Program-made: the position numbers and the translations under genes | Notes under the pieces: model-generated | Seen by the model: the letters and a program-made list of their open reading frames with translations, nothing else | Database searches by the model: none | Told to the model about the DNA's origin: nothing | Shown here: piece by piece, positions 27,744 to 36,276 of the stretch | Layout: each line of letters opens with the position of its first letter | How positions within the stretch are numbered: position 1 is the stretch's first letter | From: Candidatus Adlerbacteria bacterium | GTDB taxonomy: Bacteria > Patescibacteriota > Minisyncoccia > Phycocordibacterales > SBAW01 | Assembly: GCA_027451965.1 (NCBI GenBank) | Contig: DAIDHJ010000001.1 | Location: 424,963-488,962, forward strand | Reading direction: 5' to 3' | Length of the DNA: 64,000 nt

Positions 27744-30171
27744 CGGCTTTCGGGGGATGCTTAAGCCCCAGGAATTGACGCTCACACGCAAAGGTGAAAA
27801 CTCTCCTTCTTCCTTGGTTCTCTACGGACTAAACAGTTCGGGCAAAACATCTTTTGTCGATGGCATCGAATGGTTTCTATCCCCTAACAATGAGATTGAG
27901 TGGCTCAAGCGTGAAGATGCAAGAGAGCGTGCTTATCCGCACCAAGAAGCACAGGACGGCGATAGTTTCGTCGAGATTGATTTTGCCGATGACAAAAAAG
28001 AAATCGGTGTACTACGTAAATCTTTTAATCAAAAGAAAGTAACCCAGCCAGGTTTATCCTCCGAAACCGATTTTGAAAAGGTTTATCAATCTTTTGTCAT
28101 TCGACCTTACCTTCGGTATCTAGAAGTGATTGATTTCGTTTATAACCGCACAGGCCTAGAAAAATATCAAAAACTAGCGGGTTGGATGGGGTTTGAAAAC
28201 GAGCTTTCGTTTCAAGAAAAGATAGCGCTGGATATTCTGCCTGAACTTAAAAGAAAGGAGAAAAACCTCACGGATAACGTAGCACTATTTGAGCGTCAAC
28301 TTGTACAGCTTATGGGTGCTGGGAAATTTGCTGATGAAGCAAGCATACTCGAATTTTGCAATGCAATTTTCACAAAACATAAGGTGAATCTCTCTTCAAG
28401 CATCAAAGATATCCCAAGCAGACTCGAAGAATTAAATAAATTAAAAAGCGCAGCAGGAGTAGCTGTAAAGGTGAGCAAGCTTACCGAGGTGGAGGTCTCA
28501 CTCACTCAAGTAAGTGTGGACGACGTTTTAATCAACGCAGTAGATAAATTGAACGAGACCCTAACTCGGTTCCTTAAAGATAAAGCACTGGTTCAGAAGA
28601 TAGATGTGATTGATGTTTATACACAAGCTTTGGATATCCTGAATCGGAACACGGATGCAAAAACAAGTTGCCCTGTATGCGGTACCAGCTGGGATAGAGG
28701 CAAATTGCAGGAGCACATTAAAGAAGAACTAACCTTGCTTGAAAAGATAAAACAAGAGAAGGAAGAGATTGCTAGAACTATTACTTCAACGAAGTCTCTT
28801 GTGAGAAGAGAGCAAGAAATGGTGAAGCAAATTATTTGGAAGTACGAAGAGGGGCAGAAAATCCTCCCAAATATTTCATACGAAAAACTCCAAGAATATC
28901 AAACAGCACTAGCTGCTCTAGATGGCGAGTTTGGCGGGAACATTTTTGAGAAAGGCAGAATTTCATCTTCACTAAGTCTAGATGATATCCCTAAAATAAA
29001 TACGGAAAAAGATGCTGCATTGGCTGCTATTGGCGTCGAAAAAGCAAAGCTCCAGCTGTCAAAAGATGCTCTTAGTTTGAGTTCTGACACAGAGAAAATC
29101 GCTCAAATAAAAGATAAATGGAAAGAAATCTTGGAGGCAAAAAGTGAACTTGCTTTCTTTACTGCTGAATACAGCAAATTCGCGGGGCTAGGAAACGCAT
29201 TGGTAAAGTTAATACAAGAAAATATCAAGAGCAGGTTTGGCGAGATGTCAGCCCAAATCGGAAAGTATTTTGGGATTCTTCGTAGCGACAAGGATATTAA
29301 AGACATCGAAATATTACTTAACGAAGCAAAAGGGAAAGCGGCGGGTCGCTCCGCTGAGATTCAATTAAATTACTACGACATTACCGTCAAACCCGCGTAT
29401 AAAGTATTAAGCGAGTCCCTTCTTAATAGCTTGGGTCTCGCTGTTTACTTTGCATGCGTAAGACAATTTAACGAAGACTGCAAGTTTGTAGTTCTCGATG
29501 ACATCATGAATAGCCTCGATATTGATAACAGAGATACCGTATTGGATTTAGTCGAGCAAGAGTTTTCTGACTATCAATTTATCTTGCTGACTCACGACTT
29601 TTATTGGTTTCAGAAGATTATGCGTAGGTTCCCAAACTGGATAAGCAAGAAGATAAAAGGCTGGGATTACAAGACTGGCTCTAAGATTGATTTTGCCCAA
29701 ACAAGTAAAGAAGAAATTGAAGAGCTATTGTCTGATGCCACCACGGTTGAAGATGCTGGCTTTAAACTGGGACGCCACATTGAAGGCATCCTGAATGAAT
29801 TGTGTGAAAACCTCTGGGCAGAAATAAGATACCGATATACAAAAAACGACCCTCCCGCAATGGAAGAGCTTTTTGATGCTCTCTATAAAAGGCTGAAGAG
29901 CAAAGTGAATCAAAATCCGATTGTGGAGAAGGTTGAGAATGCTAAGAAGTATGAGCCTGTTTTACGCAATTTTACCGCACACGCTCGAAGCAATAGCGCT
30001 TCTACCGTTTCTCCAACCGAGGTAAAACGAGCAATGGAAGAATGGTTCATTCTTGAGGAGGATTTGTGGTGCCCTGATTGCAACCGCTACGTTGAGTACC
30101 ATAGGTCTAAAGATGCAATTGAATGCAAATGCGGCAAAAAGAAGCTCGAAAAGGTATCGACCAAAACCTAG
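27715..30171 (+). CDS. RloC/Rad50-like ABC ATPase with zinc hook, C-terminal HEPN and Zn ribbon
   Basis: GLNSSGKT, coiled coil with CPVC, LSES, VVLDD..NSLD, LLTH, GRHIE..RNFTAH, CPDC..CKC. Confidence 0.8.
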   Translation: MLKVKKITLSGFRGMLKPQELTLTRKGENSPSSLVLYGLNSSGKTSFVDGIEWFLSPNNEIEWLKREDARERAYPHQEAQDGDSFVEIDFADDKKEIGVLRKSFNQKKVTQPGLSSETDFEKVYQSFVIRPYLRYLEVIDFVYNRTGLEKYQKLAGWMGFENELSFQEKIALDILPELKRKEKNLTDNVALFERQLVQLMGAGKFADEASILEFCNAIFTKHKVNLSSSIKDIPSRLEELNKLKSAAGVAVKVSKLTEVEVSLTQVSVDDVLINAVDKLNETLTRFLKDKALVQKIDVIDVYTQALDILNRNTDAKTSCPVCGTSWDRGKLQEHIKEELTLLEKIKQEKEEIARTITSTKSLVRREQEMVKQIIWKYEEGQKILPNISYEKLQEYQTALAALDGEFGGNIFEKGRISSSLSLDDIPKINTEKDAALAAIGVEKAKLQLSKDALSLSSDTEKIAQIKDKWKEILEAKSELAFFTAEYSKFAGLGNALVKLIQENIKSRFGEMSAQIGKYFGILRSDKDIKDIEILLNEAKGKAAGRSAEIQLNYYDITVKPAYKVLSESLLNSLGLAVYFACVRQFNEDCKFVVLDDIMNSLDIDNRDTVLDLVEQEFSDYQFILLTHDFYWFQKIMRRFPNWISKKIKGWDYKTGSKIDFAQTSKEEIEELLSDATTVEDAGFKLGRHIEGILNELCENLWAEIRYRYTKNDPPAMEELFDALYKRLKSKVNQNPIVEKVENAKKYEPVLRNFTAHARSNSASTVSPTEVKRAMEEWFILEEDLWCPDCNRYVEYHRSKDAIECKCGKKKLEKVSTKT

Positions 30172-30180
30172 AGACAAAAC

Positions 30181-30348
30181 ATGCTCACGATTGACGAATG
30201 CAGAGCACTTATTCCTGATGGCGAGGAATTGTCTAACGAAGAAATTGCGCAAATAAGAAAAGACCATTACGAGATGATTCAATTGGCTTTTGATGTATGG
30301 GTCTTGCAGAGAAAAAATAAAAAACATGAACCCCGAATTGAGAAATAA
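30181..30348 (+). CDS. 55-aa protein not in the ORF track (MLTIDECRALIPDGEELSNEEIAQIRKDHYEMIQLAFDVW...)
   Basis: ATG 9 nt after the ATPase stop; overlaps the next gene by 23 nt. Confidence 0.65.
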   Translation: MLTIDECRALIPDGEELSNEEIAQIRKDHYEMIQLAFDVWVLQRKNKKHEPRIEK

Positions 30349-30784
30349 ATTATCTTGGTGGCATCTTAAGGCTAAAAAAGAGAAGGACTTATGGGTTCGC
30401 TTCGTCCTTTACTATTTGATATTTGACGCCTTTATAAGCGACGGCTCTGGAAGCGGAAATGACCAGGAGAAACTTCGCTGGTTCGTTAATAGCGAGAATT
30501 CCTTAAAAGCGAGCATAGATGGAGGATGGCAGACAAGATTACTTCCGTTGGCAAAAATTCTAAAAGGAATGTCGCCAGTTCAAGATATGCGTCCTGGGTC
30601 AACCAGAGACGTTTCTGTAATTGACGAAAACAATCTTGAAGAAGTCTTTGCTGTTATATATCAAATTAGATGCAATCTTTTCCACGGCTCAAAAGACGTC
30701 ATGAATGGCAGAGATTCCAACCTCGTTGAACATGCAGGGAATTTCCTGCGCTATATGATTGATTGGTGGTTTGTCAGTACCTGA
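30326..30784 (+). CDS. Stand-alone HEPN-domain protein
   Basis: All-helical; YQIRCNLFHGSK (Rx4H). Confidence 0.75.
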   Translation: MNPELRNKLSWWHLKAKKEKDLWVRFVLYYLIFDAFISDGSGSGNDQEKLRWFVNSENSLKASIDGGWQTRLLPLAKILKGMSPVQDMRPGSTRDVSVIDENNLEEVFAVIYQIRCNLFHGSKDVMNGRDSNLVEHAGNFLRYMIDWWFVST

Positions 30785-30785
30785 T

Positions 30786-31673
30786 ATGTCCAACAAATAT
30801 TTGATGCAAAAAAGAGTGAAGACCCCTATCTATACTTTTGATAAATCAGAGTACAGAGAGTTCACCTTTGAGCCTTACCGCGATAACCAATCGCTCGAAG
30901 GAGACCTCCTCGTATCCCGAACCCTTGAAGCTGAGAACGGGAACGAGGCTATGCGTAAATTCTTTACGGAATTAGAGCCCATCCTCAATGCCATATCTGT
31001 CCTGACACAGACAATCATTTTTCCCCTCCCAACTGCAAGTCATTTGCTCTATAAGCTGGAAAACAACCCAGACAATCTTTTTTACGCAAACATTGCAAAC
31101 GATAGCGAGACGGCTGGAATGGGCTTAGAAAGTGAAGTTTTTGAGGATGTAGAGAAGCTGCTGAATATTGCTAATCCTATTGCCTTTTCCTACCTGAGAG
31201 ACGCTATAGGGACACTTTCGAGTGTTCAGCAACTATCAATGCTCATAAGCGCGGCGGAAGCCTTCGCGGGGACTTCGAAGACAAAAGGCTTTTGTAAGAA
31301 GTGTGGAGAGCCTTACGAGTACTCTTCGACTGACAAGGACAAGCTGAGGCTCATCTTAGGCGATGCGCTGTACAAGAGACTCTATACCGACGGCTTACGG
31401 CACAAGCTTGCACATGGTGGGGATTTCAACGGAGAAGCAGTCGCGGCAACCGCTGGGGAAACATATTCCAGAATCAGTCTTGGGTACCTGAAAGAGACAT
31501 ACAGTCTGAGTTCACTTGAAGAAATACACGGAGCGCCGCGCTCGTTTGTTTACGAATACTCCCACCACGGAGCTAAAATGCTCAGTTCAGATGCTCCAAC
31601 TTTAAAGCTCGTGGAAGCAGAGTGGGATTCGCCTGTTAGCTTTGCTTTCGCCGCCCTACCAGCAGACTACTAA
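30786..31673 (+). CDS. ApeA/MauJ-like HEPN protein with CxxC
   Basis: SAAEAFAG, CKKC, LRHKLAHGG (Rx4H). Confidence 0.65.
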   Translation: MSNKYLMQKRVKTPIYTFDKSEYREFTFEPYRDNQSLEGDLLVSRTLEAENGNEAMRKFFTELEPILNAISVLTQTIIFPLPTASHLLYKLENNPDNLFYANIANDSETAGMGLESEVFEDVEKLLNIANPIAFSYLRDAIGTLSSVQQLSMLISAAEAFAGTSKTKGFCKKCGEPYEYSSTDKDKLRLILGDALYKRLYTDGLRHKLAHGGDFNGEAVAATAGETYSRISLGYLKETYSLSSLEEIHGAPRSFVYEYSHHGAKMLSSDAPTLKLVEAEWDSPVSFAFAALPADY

Positions 31674-31778
31674 CGACAAATATTTGGGGCTGGCTATCAA
31701 ATTAGGTGAGGGCATCCTCCCGCAAAAACACGCGGGCAAAACCGAAACTGGCACTACCCAAAATCGCCTGAAGGTTCT

Positions 31779-31886
31779 CTACCTGATAACAGCCAGCAGT
31801 TGTCGAATGTGCTGGAGCGACACCGACGGCTGTGGGAATATAACCTCCCATCGAGCGGTTCGTATGCTATCCCTCCATTCGAGCAA
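31779..31886 (-). pseudogene. Putative split-off C-terminal tail of the recombinase at the right junction
   Basis: LLEWRDSIRTARWEVIFPQPSVSLQHIRQLLAVIR* begins at the same TTG CTC codons at which the left remnant enters the tRNA. Confidence 0.5.
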
Positions 31887-31893
31887 GGAAATA

Positions 31894-31923
31894 TAGACAA
31901 AAATATAAAAAGTATGGTATAAT
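31894..31923 (+). promoter_or_regulatory. Sigma70 promoter with extended -10
   Basis: TAGACA-18-TATAAT, TGG before the -10. Confidence 0.65.
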
Positions 31924-31944
31924 TTCCCCTAGATTGGAGGAAAT

Positions 31945-32397
31945 ATGAAGGTGGTTTACCATGGATCTCCCTTCCTCGGACTACGTACGGTAGAACCAAA
32001 ACTAAATCGAAGAATACGAAATGGGCAAGTGATATTTGAAGCCCATGCATTCCATGCTACTCCCCTGCGTTGGATTGCGCTTGCTTACACAGCAACTCAA
32101 TTTTCCAATAATGCATACACGATGGGCGTCGATTTATATGGTTCTTACACGAAAAGGCGAATCGCTATCTTTGGGAGTACTTCTCTTGAAGAAAGTTTGG
32201 TTCGCTTATATGGATCTGGTGGGTACCTCTATACATTTGATGCATCACATTTTATCCGCCTTCCTGGTTTAGGAGACTTGGAAGTTATCACACAAGACTC
32301 GGTGCATCCAATATGTAGTGAACTCATACTAGATCCCGTGAAGGAAATGGAACGAGAAGGAGTAGAGTTTCATTTTGTACGTAAGAAGAATACTTAA
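31945..32397 (+). CDS. Hypothetical protein
   Basis: GGAGG SD, promoter and terminator; N-terminal YHGS...EP motif. Confidence 0.75.
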   Translation: MKVVYHGSPFLGLRTVEPKLNRRIRNGQVIFEAHAFHATPLRWIALAYTATQFSNNAYTMGVDLYGSYTKRRIAIFGSTSLEESLVRLYGSGGYLYTFDASHFIRLPGLGDLEVITQDSVHPICSELILDPVKEMEREGVEFHFVRKKNT

Positions 32398-32425
32398 CAG
32401 GCCGATGATTCATCGGCCTGTTTTT
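32396..32425 (+). terminator. Intrinsic terminator
   Basis: ACAGGCCGATG-ATT-CATCGGCCTGT plus T-tract. Confidence 0.9.
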
Positions 32426-32516
32426 AGATTATTATTGAAACAATATGACTTATGTATACCACGCCGTACCCTCTGAAATAATAGGATCAATACTCTACCC
32501 TCTTAATCAGTTATAA

Positions 32517-32543
32517 GTTCGAACGTCCTCTAGTAGGCGGAGC
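32517..32543. repeat. 27-bp direct repeat, copy 1 (att-like)
   Basis: GTTCGAACGTCCTCTAGTAGGCGGAGC, identical to 33213-33239. Confidence 0.95.
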
Positions 32544-32641
32544 ACTAAATTGACGAAATATAGTTTTTGTGTTAAAAAAACAGCAGACTCGGAATAATCC
32601 GATTTTTGATCTTCTCATCATATCGCACTATGGAGGTGCTA

Positions 32642-33184
32642 ATGAGCATTAGTATCGTTCTCGCCTCTCCAAAAGATGCGCGAGGTATTCAGGAGGTCTT
32701 CTACGATACGTGGCTTGCTACCTATCCCAACGAAGAACTTATGATCAGAGTTGGAGACATCAAAGACTTTCTCAAGAACCATTTATCTACCGAATCTCTT
32801 GAGAGACGACGTCAGCAGATCAGTGTGAATCCATCACCTCACGGAAGAATATTTCTGGTAGCAAAAGACGAAGAACGGGTTGTTGGAGTATGCAACGTAG
32901 TTACCTATCCAACACATAACCAGATCCACAGCCTCTACGTGCTTCCTGAATATCAACGCATGCGCATTGGGAGTGACCTATGCTATAAGGCATTTGGATA
33001 CTTCAATTCATTATTCCCCACTACTTTGTGGGTCGCCTCTTATAATTCAAAAGCCATTCGATTCTATGAATCGCTAGGGTTTCGAGATACTGGGGAGCGT
33101 AAGGAAGATGAGACGATTCGTTTCCGAAATGGGATTCGCATGCCTGAGATGGAAATGGTTCGTGAACCTAGGTCGGCACTGTAA
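32642..33184 (+). CDS. GNAT acetyltransferase
   Basis: LYVLPEYQRMRIG, NSKAIRFYESLGF; TTGACG at 32550, GGAGGT SD. Confidence 0.9.
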   Translation: MSISIVLASPKDARGIQEVFYDTWLATYPNEELMIRVGDIKDFLKNHLSTESLERRRQQISVNPSPHGRIFLVAKDEERVVGVCNVVTYPTHNQIHSLYVLPEYQRMRIGSDLCYKAFGYFNSLFPTTLWVASYNSKAIRFYESLGFRDTGERKEDETIRFRNGIRMPEMEMVREPRSAL

Positions 33185-33200
33185 CCAGTGCCGACTTTTT
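33172..33200 (+). terminator. Intrinsic terminator
   Basis: GTCGGCACTG-TAAC-CAGTGCCGAC-TTTTT. Confidence 0.9.
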
Positions 33201-33212
33201 CATTTGTAATAG

Positions 33213-33239
33213 GTTCGAACGTCCTCTAGTAGGCGGAGC
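33213..33239. repeat. 27-bp direct repeat, copy 2 (att-like)
   Basis: Identical to 32517-32543. Confidence 0.95.
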
Positions 33240-33243
33240 CTGA

Positions 33244-34617
33244 TTACTTACCCTTCCAAATTATTTTTGCGAATGGCAACCATTCAGGAATTCTATTAAT
33301 GTATGGAATATATGGAAACAAGATGAGCAACAATGCACAGAATCCTAATATTTCTGCTCCATCTCGATCACCGTTTTGATCATTAGCAAGAATAGTATGA
33401 TCCAAAAAACCAAGAGGTGCGAGCCACCACGCACCTGGTGGTATAAATCCTTTTTCTTCCCGCATCATTCCCCATTGATCGGTAGTAATATGCAGTTGCG
33501 TTGCCTCTGCATCCAGTACACCGGTATCAGCAAGGAACCGTAAGGAGTAGGTCGGCTGTATTGCAACATTTTCCGAGTCTAGGATGGGTGTATACGTACC
33601 TTGTTGTCCCATGAGTACTAATGCACTAATTACTGGAATAAGAGGGTTACTATTTTGTTGTACAACGAGAGAACCGTTATTTTGGAAATAATTTGATGCC
33701 TGTGTAATGTATTTCTGCTGCAGAGTAGTATTTGCCTCCTCAAAAAGAGCCAGATCATCTATACCATGTGTTGAGGCATAAGATGCATAAGGTATGGAAA
33801 CATAGATAGCACGTGTGTCATAAGTGTAGGGATCTATTGAGTCTAGGTAGGTAGCAGTATCGGAGGTATGGGTAAATTCACTCAAAAGCGTTTGTGCCAT
33901 AAGAGCTGGAGACTCCTTTGCAACCTGGGTAATAGTTACAGGAGCAATAAATGGTGAGGGAAATAATAATGCCAAAAATAAGATCACAGAGCCTAAGATA
34001 ATCCCTCTCAAAAATAATCTTCTATGATCCGCCGATACCATTGTATATGAGACATTTTTGCGATACGGTTTCGCAATACCTCGTATCTTCACCAAGGCAT
34101 AGTGAATACATATCACAGTAACTAGAGAAATGGGGATATATATTACATGCAAACCATATACCTGAGCATAGTTCAATGTACTGATGAATTTTCCTATGAA
34201 TGCCCCGTTATAAAAATCTGCCCCTTGTAATGCTCGGTACTGGGAAGAAAAATCACCGCGCAAACCGTACCCAAATTCTGCTTCCGTTAGTACTACTAGC
34301 AATGCAATGACTCCCACTATCCATGTCAGTTTTCTGGGCGTTCGAAAAGCGCTGGTAGAAAATACAACCAAAAAATGAAGAAGAATGATTAGCACAAAAG
34401 CCTGTGCAGACCATAGATGAATACTACGTACTACTACACCCCACGGGTTCGTGAGCCACCACGAAGGACCGAAGACAATCATGGTGAGACCAGATGCAAT
34501 CAATAGTGTTAAACAAGTCAGTGCCAAAAAACCGAGAGAATAAAAAATAGTATTTCCATAAGAAGGAACCTTGGTAATAAAGATTTTCTCTTTTGTTTTA
34601 TTCCACCACTGAAACAT
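33244..34617 (-). CDS. Cytochrome b/b6 N-terminal domain protein fused to an extracytoplasmic domain
   Basis: RSIHLWSA..LLH and GLHV..CIH heme-His pairs, TWIVG, FGYGL. Confidence 0.85.
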   Translation of the reverse strand: MFQWWNKTKEKIFITKVPSYGNTIFYSLGFLALTCLTLLIASGLTMIVFGPSWWLTNPWGVVVRSIHLWSAQAFVLIILLHFLVVFSTSAFRTPRKLTWIVGVIALLVVLTEAEFGYGLRGDFSSQYRALQGADFYNGAFIGKFISTLNYAQVYGLHVIYIPISLVTVICIHYALVKIRGIAKPYRKNVSYTMVSADHRRLFLRGIILGSVILFLALLFPSPFIAPVTITQVAKESPALMAQTLLSEFTHTSDTATYLDSIDPYTYDTRAIYVSIPYASYASTHGIDDLALFEEANTTLQQKYITQASNYFQNNGSLVVQQNSNPLIPVISALVLMGQQGTYTPILDSENVAIQPTYSLRFLADTGVLDAEATQLHITTDQWGMMREEKGFIPPGAWWLAPLGFLDHTILANDQNGDRDGAEILGFCALLLILFPYIPYINRIPEWLPFAKIIWKGK

Positions 34618-34689
34618 TACGATAAGTTGATTTTACACCAAAACAAATGAGGCGCTCGAACACCTCTCCAGCAGAGATAAATCAAATAC

Positions 34690-34718
34690 TTGACAAGTTA
34701 ATTAATATATTCTACAAT
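34690..34718 (+). promoter_or_regulatory. Near-consensus sigma70 promoter
   Basis: TTGACA-17-TACAAT. Confidence 0.8.
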
Positions 34719-34757
34719 ATATCCAGGAGATTTGGGTTATCTTTTAAGGAGAGCACT

Positions 34758-34853
34758 ATGACGTTAATCATCGATCGCAAAACCGGTTTCGTCACCTCTT
34801 CGAAAGAAGAGGCAGTGGCCGAAAAAGCTGCCGCCCATGGAGGTTCCAAATAG
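34758..34853 (+). CDS. 31-aa micropeptide MTLIIDRKTGFVTSSKEEAVAEKAAAHGGSK
   Basis: Promoter, AAGGAG SD, hairpin/T-tract at 34866-34902. Confidence 0.6.
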   Translation: MTLIIDRKTGFVTSSKEEAVAEKAAAHGGSK

Positions 34854-34986
34854 GATTTCCTCCCCAAAACCCTCAACAGAGAAAAAAGAATGTTGGGGTT
34901 TTATACTGTCTGTAAGAAAAATACGCGCAGCTGTAAGAAATTAGTTACTGATAAGTACCAGTAATGATGCTAATTAAAAATATACA

Positions 34987-35424
34987 TTACGAGAGTACCG
35001 ATTTTAATTCTGAAAGAAGAGCTTGTATTTCCTCATGAGAAAGTACTCGACGCTGTTCACCAAAATGATTTAGATCTCCAATTTGTACATAGGGAACAAT
35101 ATGGAAATGAGTATGTGCAATACTTTTATTTTCTTGCACTTTCCCCTCTCGAACCATAAGGGTAATATTCTCATAGCCTAACTTTCGCAACAAATTTAAT
35201 CCAACCCGTTGTAATTCCTCAATTTCGCTCTCCTCTTCTTTGGCTAAATCATCTATAGATAACACATGACGATGTGGGACTACCAGTAAATGATGTTTGT
35301 GATACGGAGCTAGCGCATACGTGAGCATAGCGTGTTTGCGTTCCACCACAGGACGATTCCCTATTTCATTACAAAAAGGACACTGTGTCATTTTTGAAAG
35401 AAAATCTGTGTATGTTTCATTCAT
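34987..35424 (-). CDS. HIT-family hydrolase
   Basis: CPFC, HLLVVP, HTHFHIVP. Confidence 0.9.
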   Translation of the reverse strand: MNETYTDFLSKMTQCPFCNEIGNRPVVERKHAMLTYALAPYHKHHLLVVPHRHVLSIDDLAKEEESEIEELQRVGLNLLRKLGYENITLMVREGKVQENKSIAHTHFHIVPYVQIGDLNHFGEQRRVLSHEEIQALLSELKSVLS

Positions 35425-35512
35425 GGCAGTACTATTATACAGATAATTTCATCTTATAGATGAAAAAGCACTACATACGTAGTGCCTTTTCTAAACTAAA
35501 CAATGTAGGATA

Positions 35513-36166
35513 TTAATTATCTCCCCCTCCATCATGTGAAATAGATGTGGTTGTGGCCTGTCCTTCTCCACCTTGATCACCTGAGGTAGTACTAGAAGCT
35601 GTATCAGAATTTTGCACACCTTCTTGCATATCAGCCTGTTCACATTCGAGTTCCATTTCCTTATTCATTTCTCCTCGAGTTCTTGGTCCTACATAGCCAA
35701 ACCCCGTAGAAGATGGGTCTCCAGAAGACACAATCCCATTCGCTGCCTGCCAGCGTTGTACCGCTTGCTCAGTTTCAGAACCAAAGTAGCCGGTTACCAA
35801 TCCAGAGGGATATATGTTCTTATCTTTTGCAAGAAAAGCTTGGAGTTGCGCAACTGCAGATCCAGATCCCTGATCACTTTCACCAAACGAGAGATTGCTA
35901 GAAAGTGTGGCACAGGTGCTGCTAGCTGAAACAGAAATAGGTGCAGGTACTTGCACAGGAGTACTTGATGCTGTCGTTTGTAAATCCGCTTGCACCGTAG
36001 CTACCGTACTTGGATCTGCACCAAAGGATTGTAAGAGGTTCACTACTGCTTGAATTTGCGCATCGGTAAGAGTTGCCGCATGAACAAAAGTAGCACTACC
36101 AAGTAACGAAAGAGAACTTGCTACACCAACGAAAGTTAACAGAAAACGTTTATACCTATGTTGCAT
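35513..36166 (-). CDS. Secreted peptidoglycan-binding domain protein
   Basis: Signal peptide, VAQLQAFL, TGYFGSETEQAVQRWQ, GYVGPRTR. Confidence 0.88.
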   Translation of the reverse strand: MQHRYKRFLLTFVGVASSLSLLGSATFVHAATLTDAQIQAVVNLLQSFGADPSTVATVQADLQTTASSTPVQVPAPISVSASSTCATLSSNLSFGESDQGSGSAVAQLQAFLAKDKNIYPSGLVTGYFGSETEQAVQRWQAANGIVSSGDPSSTGFGYVGPRTRGEMNKEMELECEQADMQEGVQNSDTASSTTSGDQGGEGQATTTSISHDGGGDN

Positions 36167-36276
36167 AGTAAAAAATGAATAAATAATGTGACCTTATTAT
36201 TATAACGTATTGCTGAGCCCCTTCTTACCGCATACATGCTCAATTAGTACGCAATACTAGCATTGGAATAATGGGA

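Larger units (their letters stand above)
27260..31886. mobile_element. tRNA-Asn-integrated element (about 4.6 kb), recombinase degraded
   Basis: GAGCAA at 27260-27265 and 31881-31886; the right end also echoes tRNA GGTTCG; in-frame split ORF; AT-richer cargo. Confidence 0.65.

Noticed and set aside
27282-27791. 169-aa minus-strand ORF and the + ORFs 27296-27478 and 27475-27693
   Set aside because: They overlap better-supported genes or the remnant frame and show no motifs
31642-31896. 84-aa + ORF
   Set aside because: No SD or motifs; the region is better explained as the element's right end
32517-33239. CRISPR array
   Set aside because: Only two exact repeats, separated by a whole gene (669 bp); no cas genes
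34647-34757. Longer start for the 34853 ORF
   Set aside because: It spans the promoter; the SD supports ATG 34758
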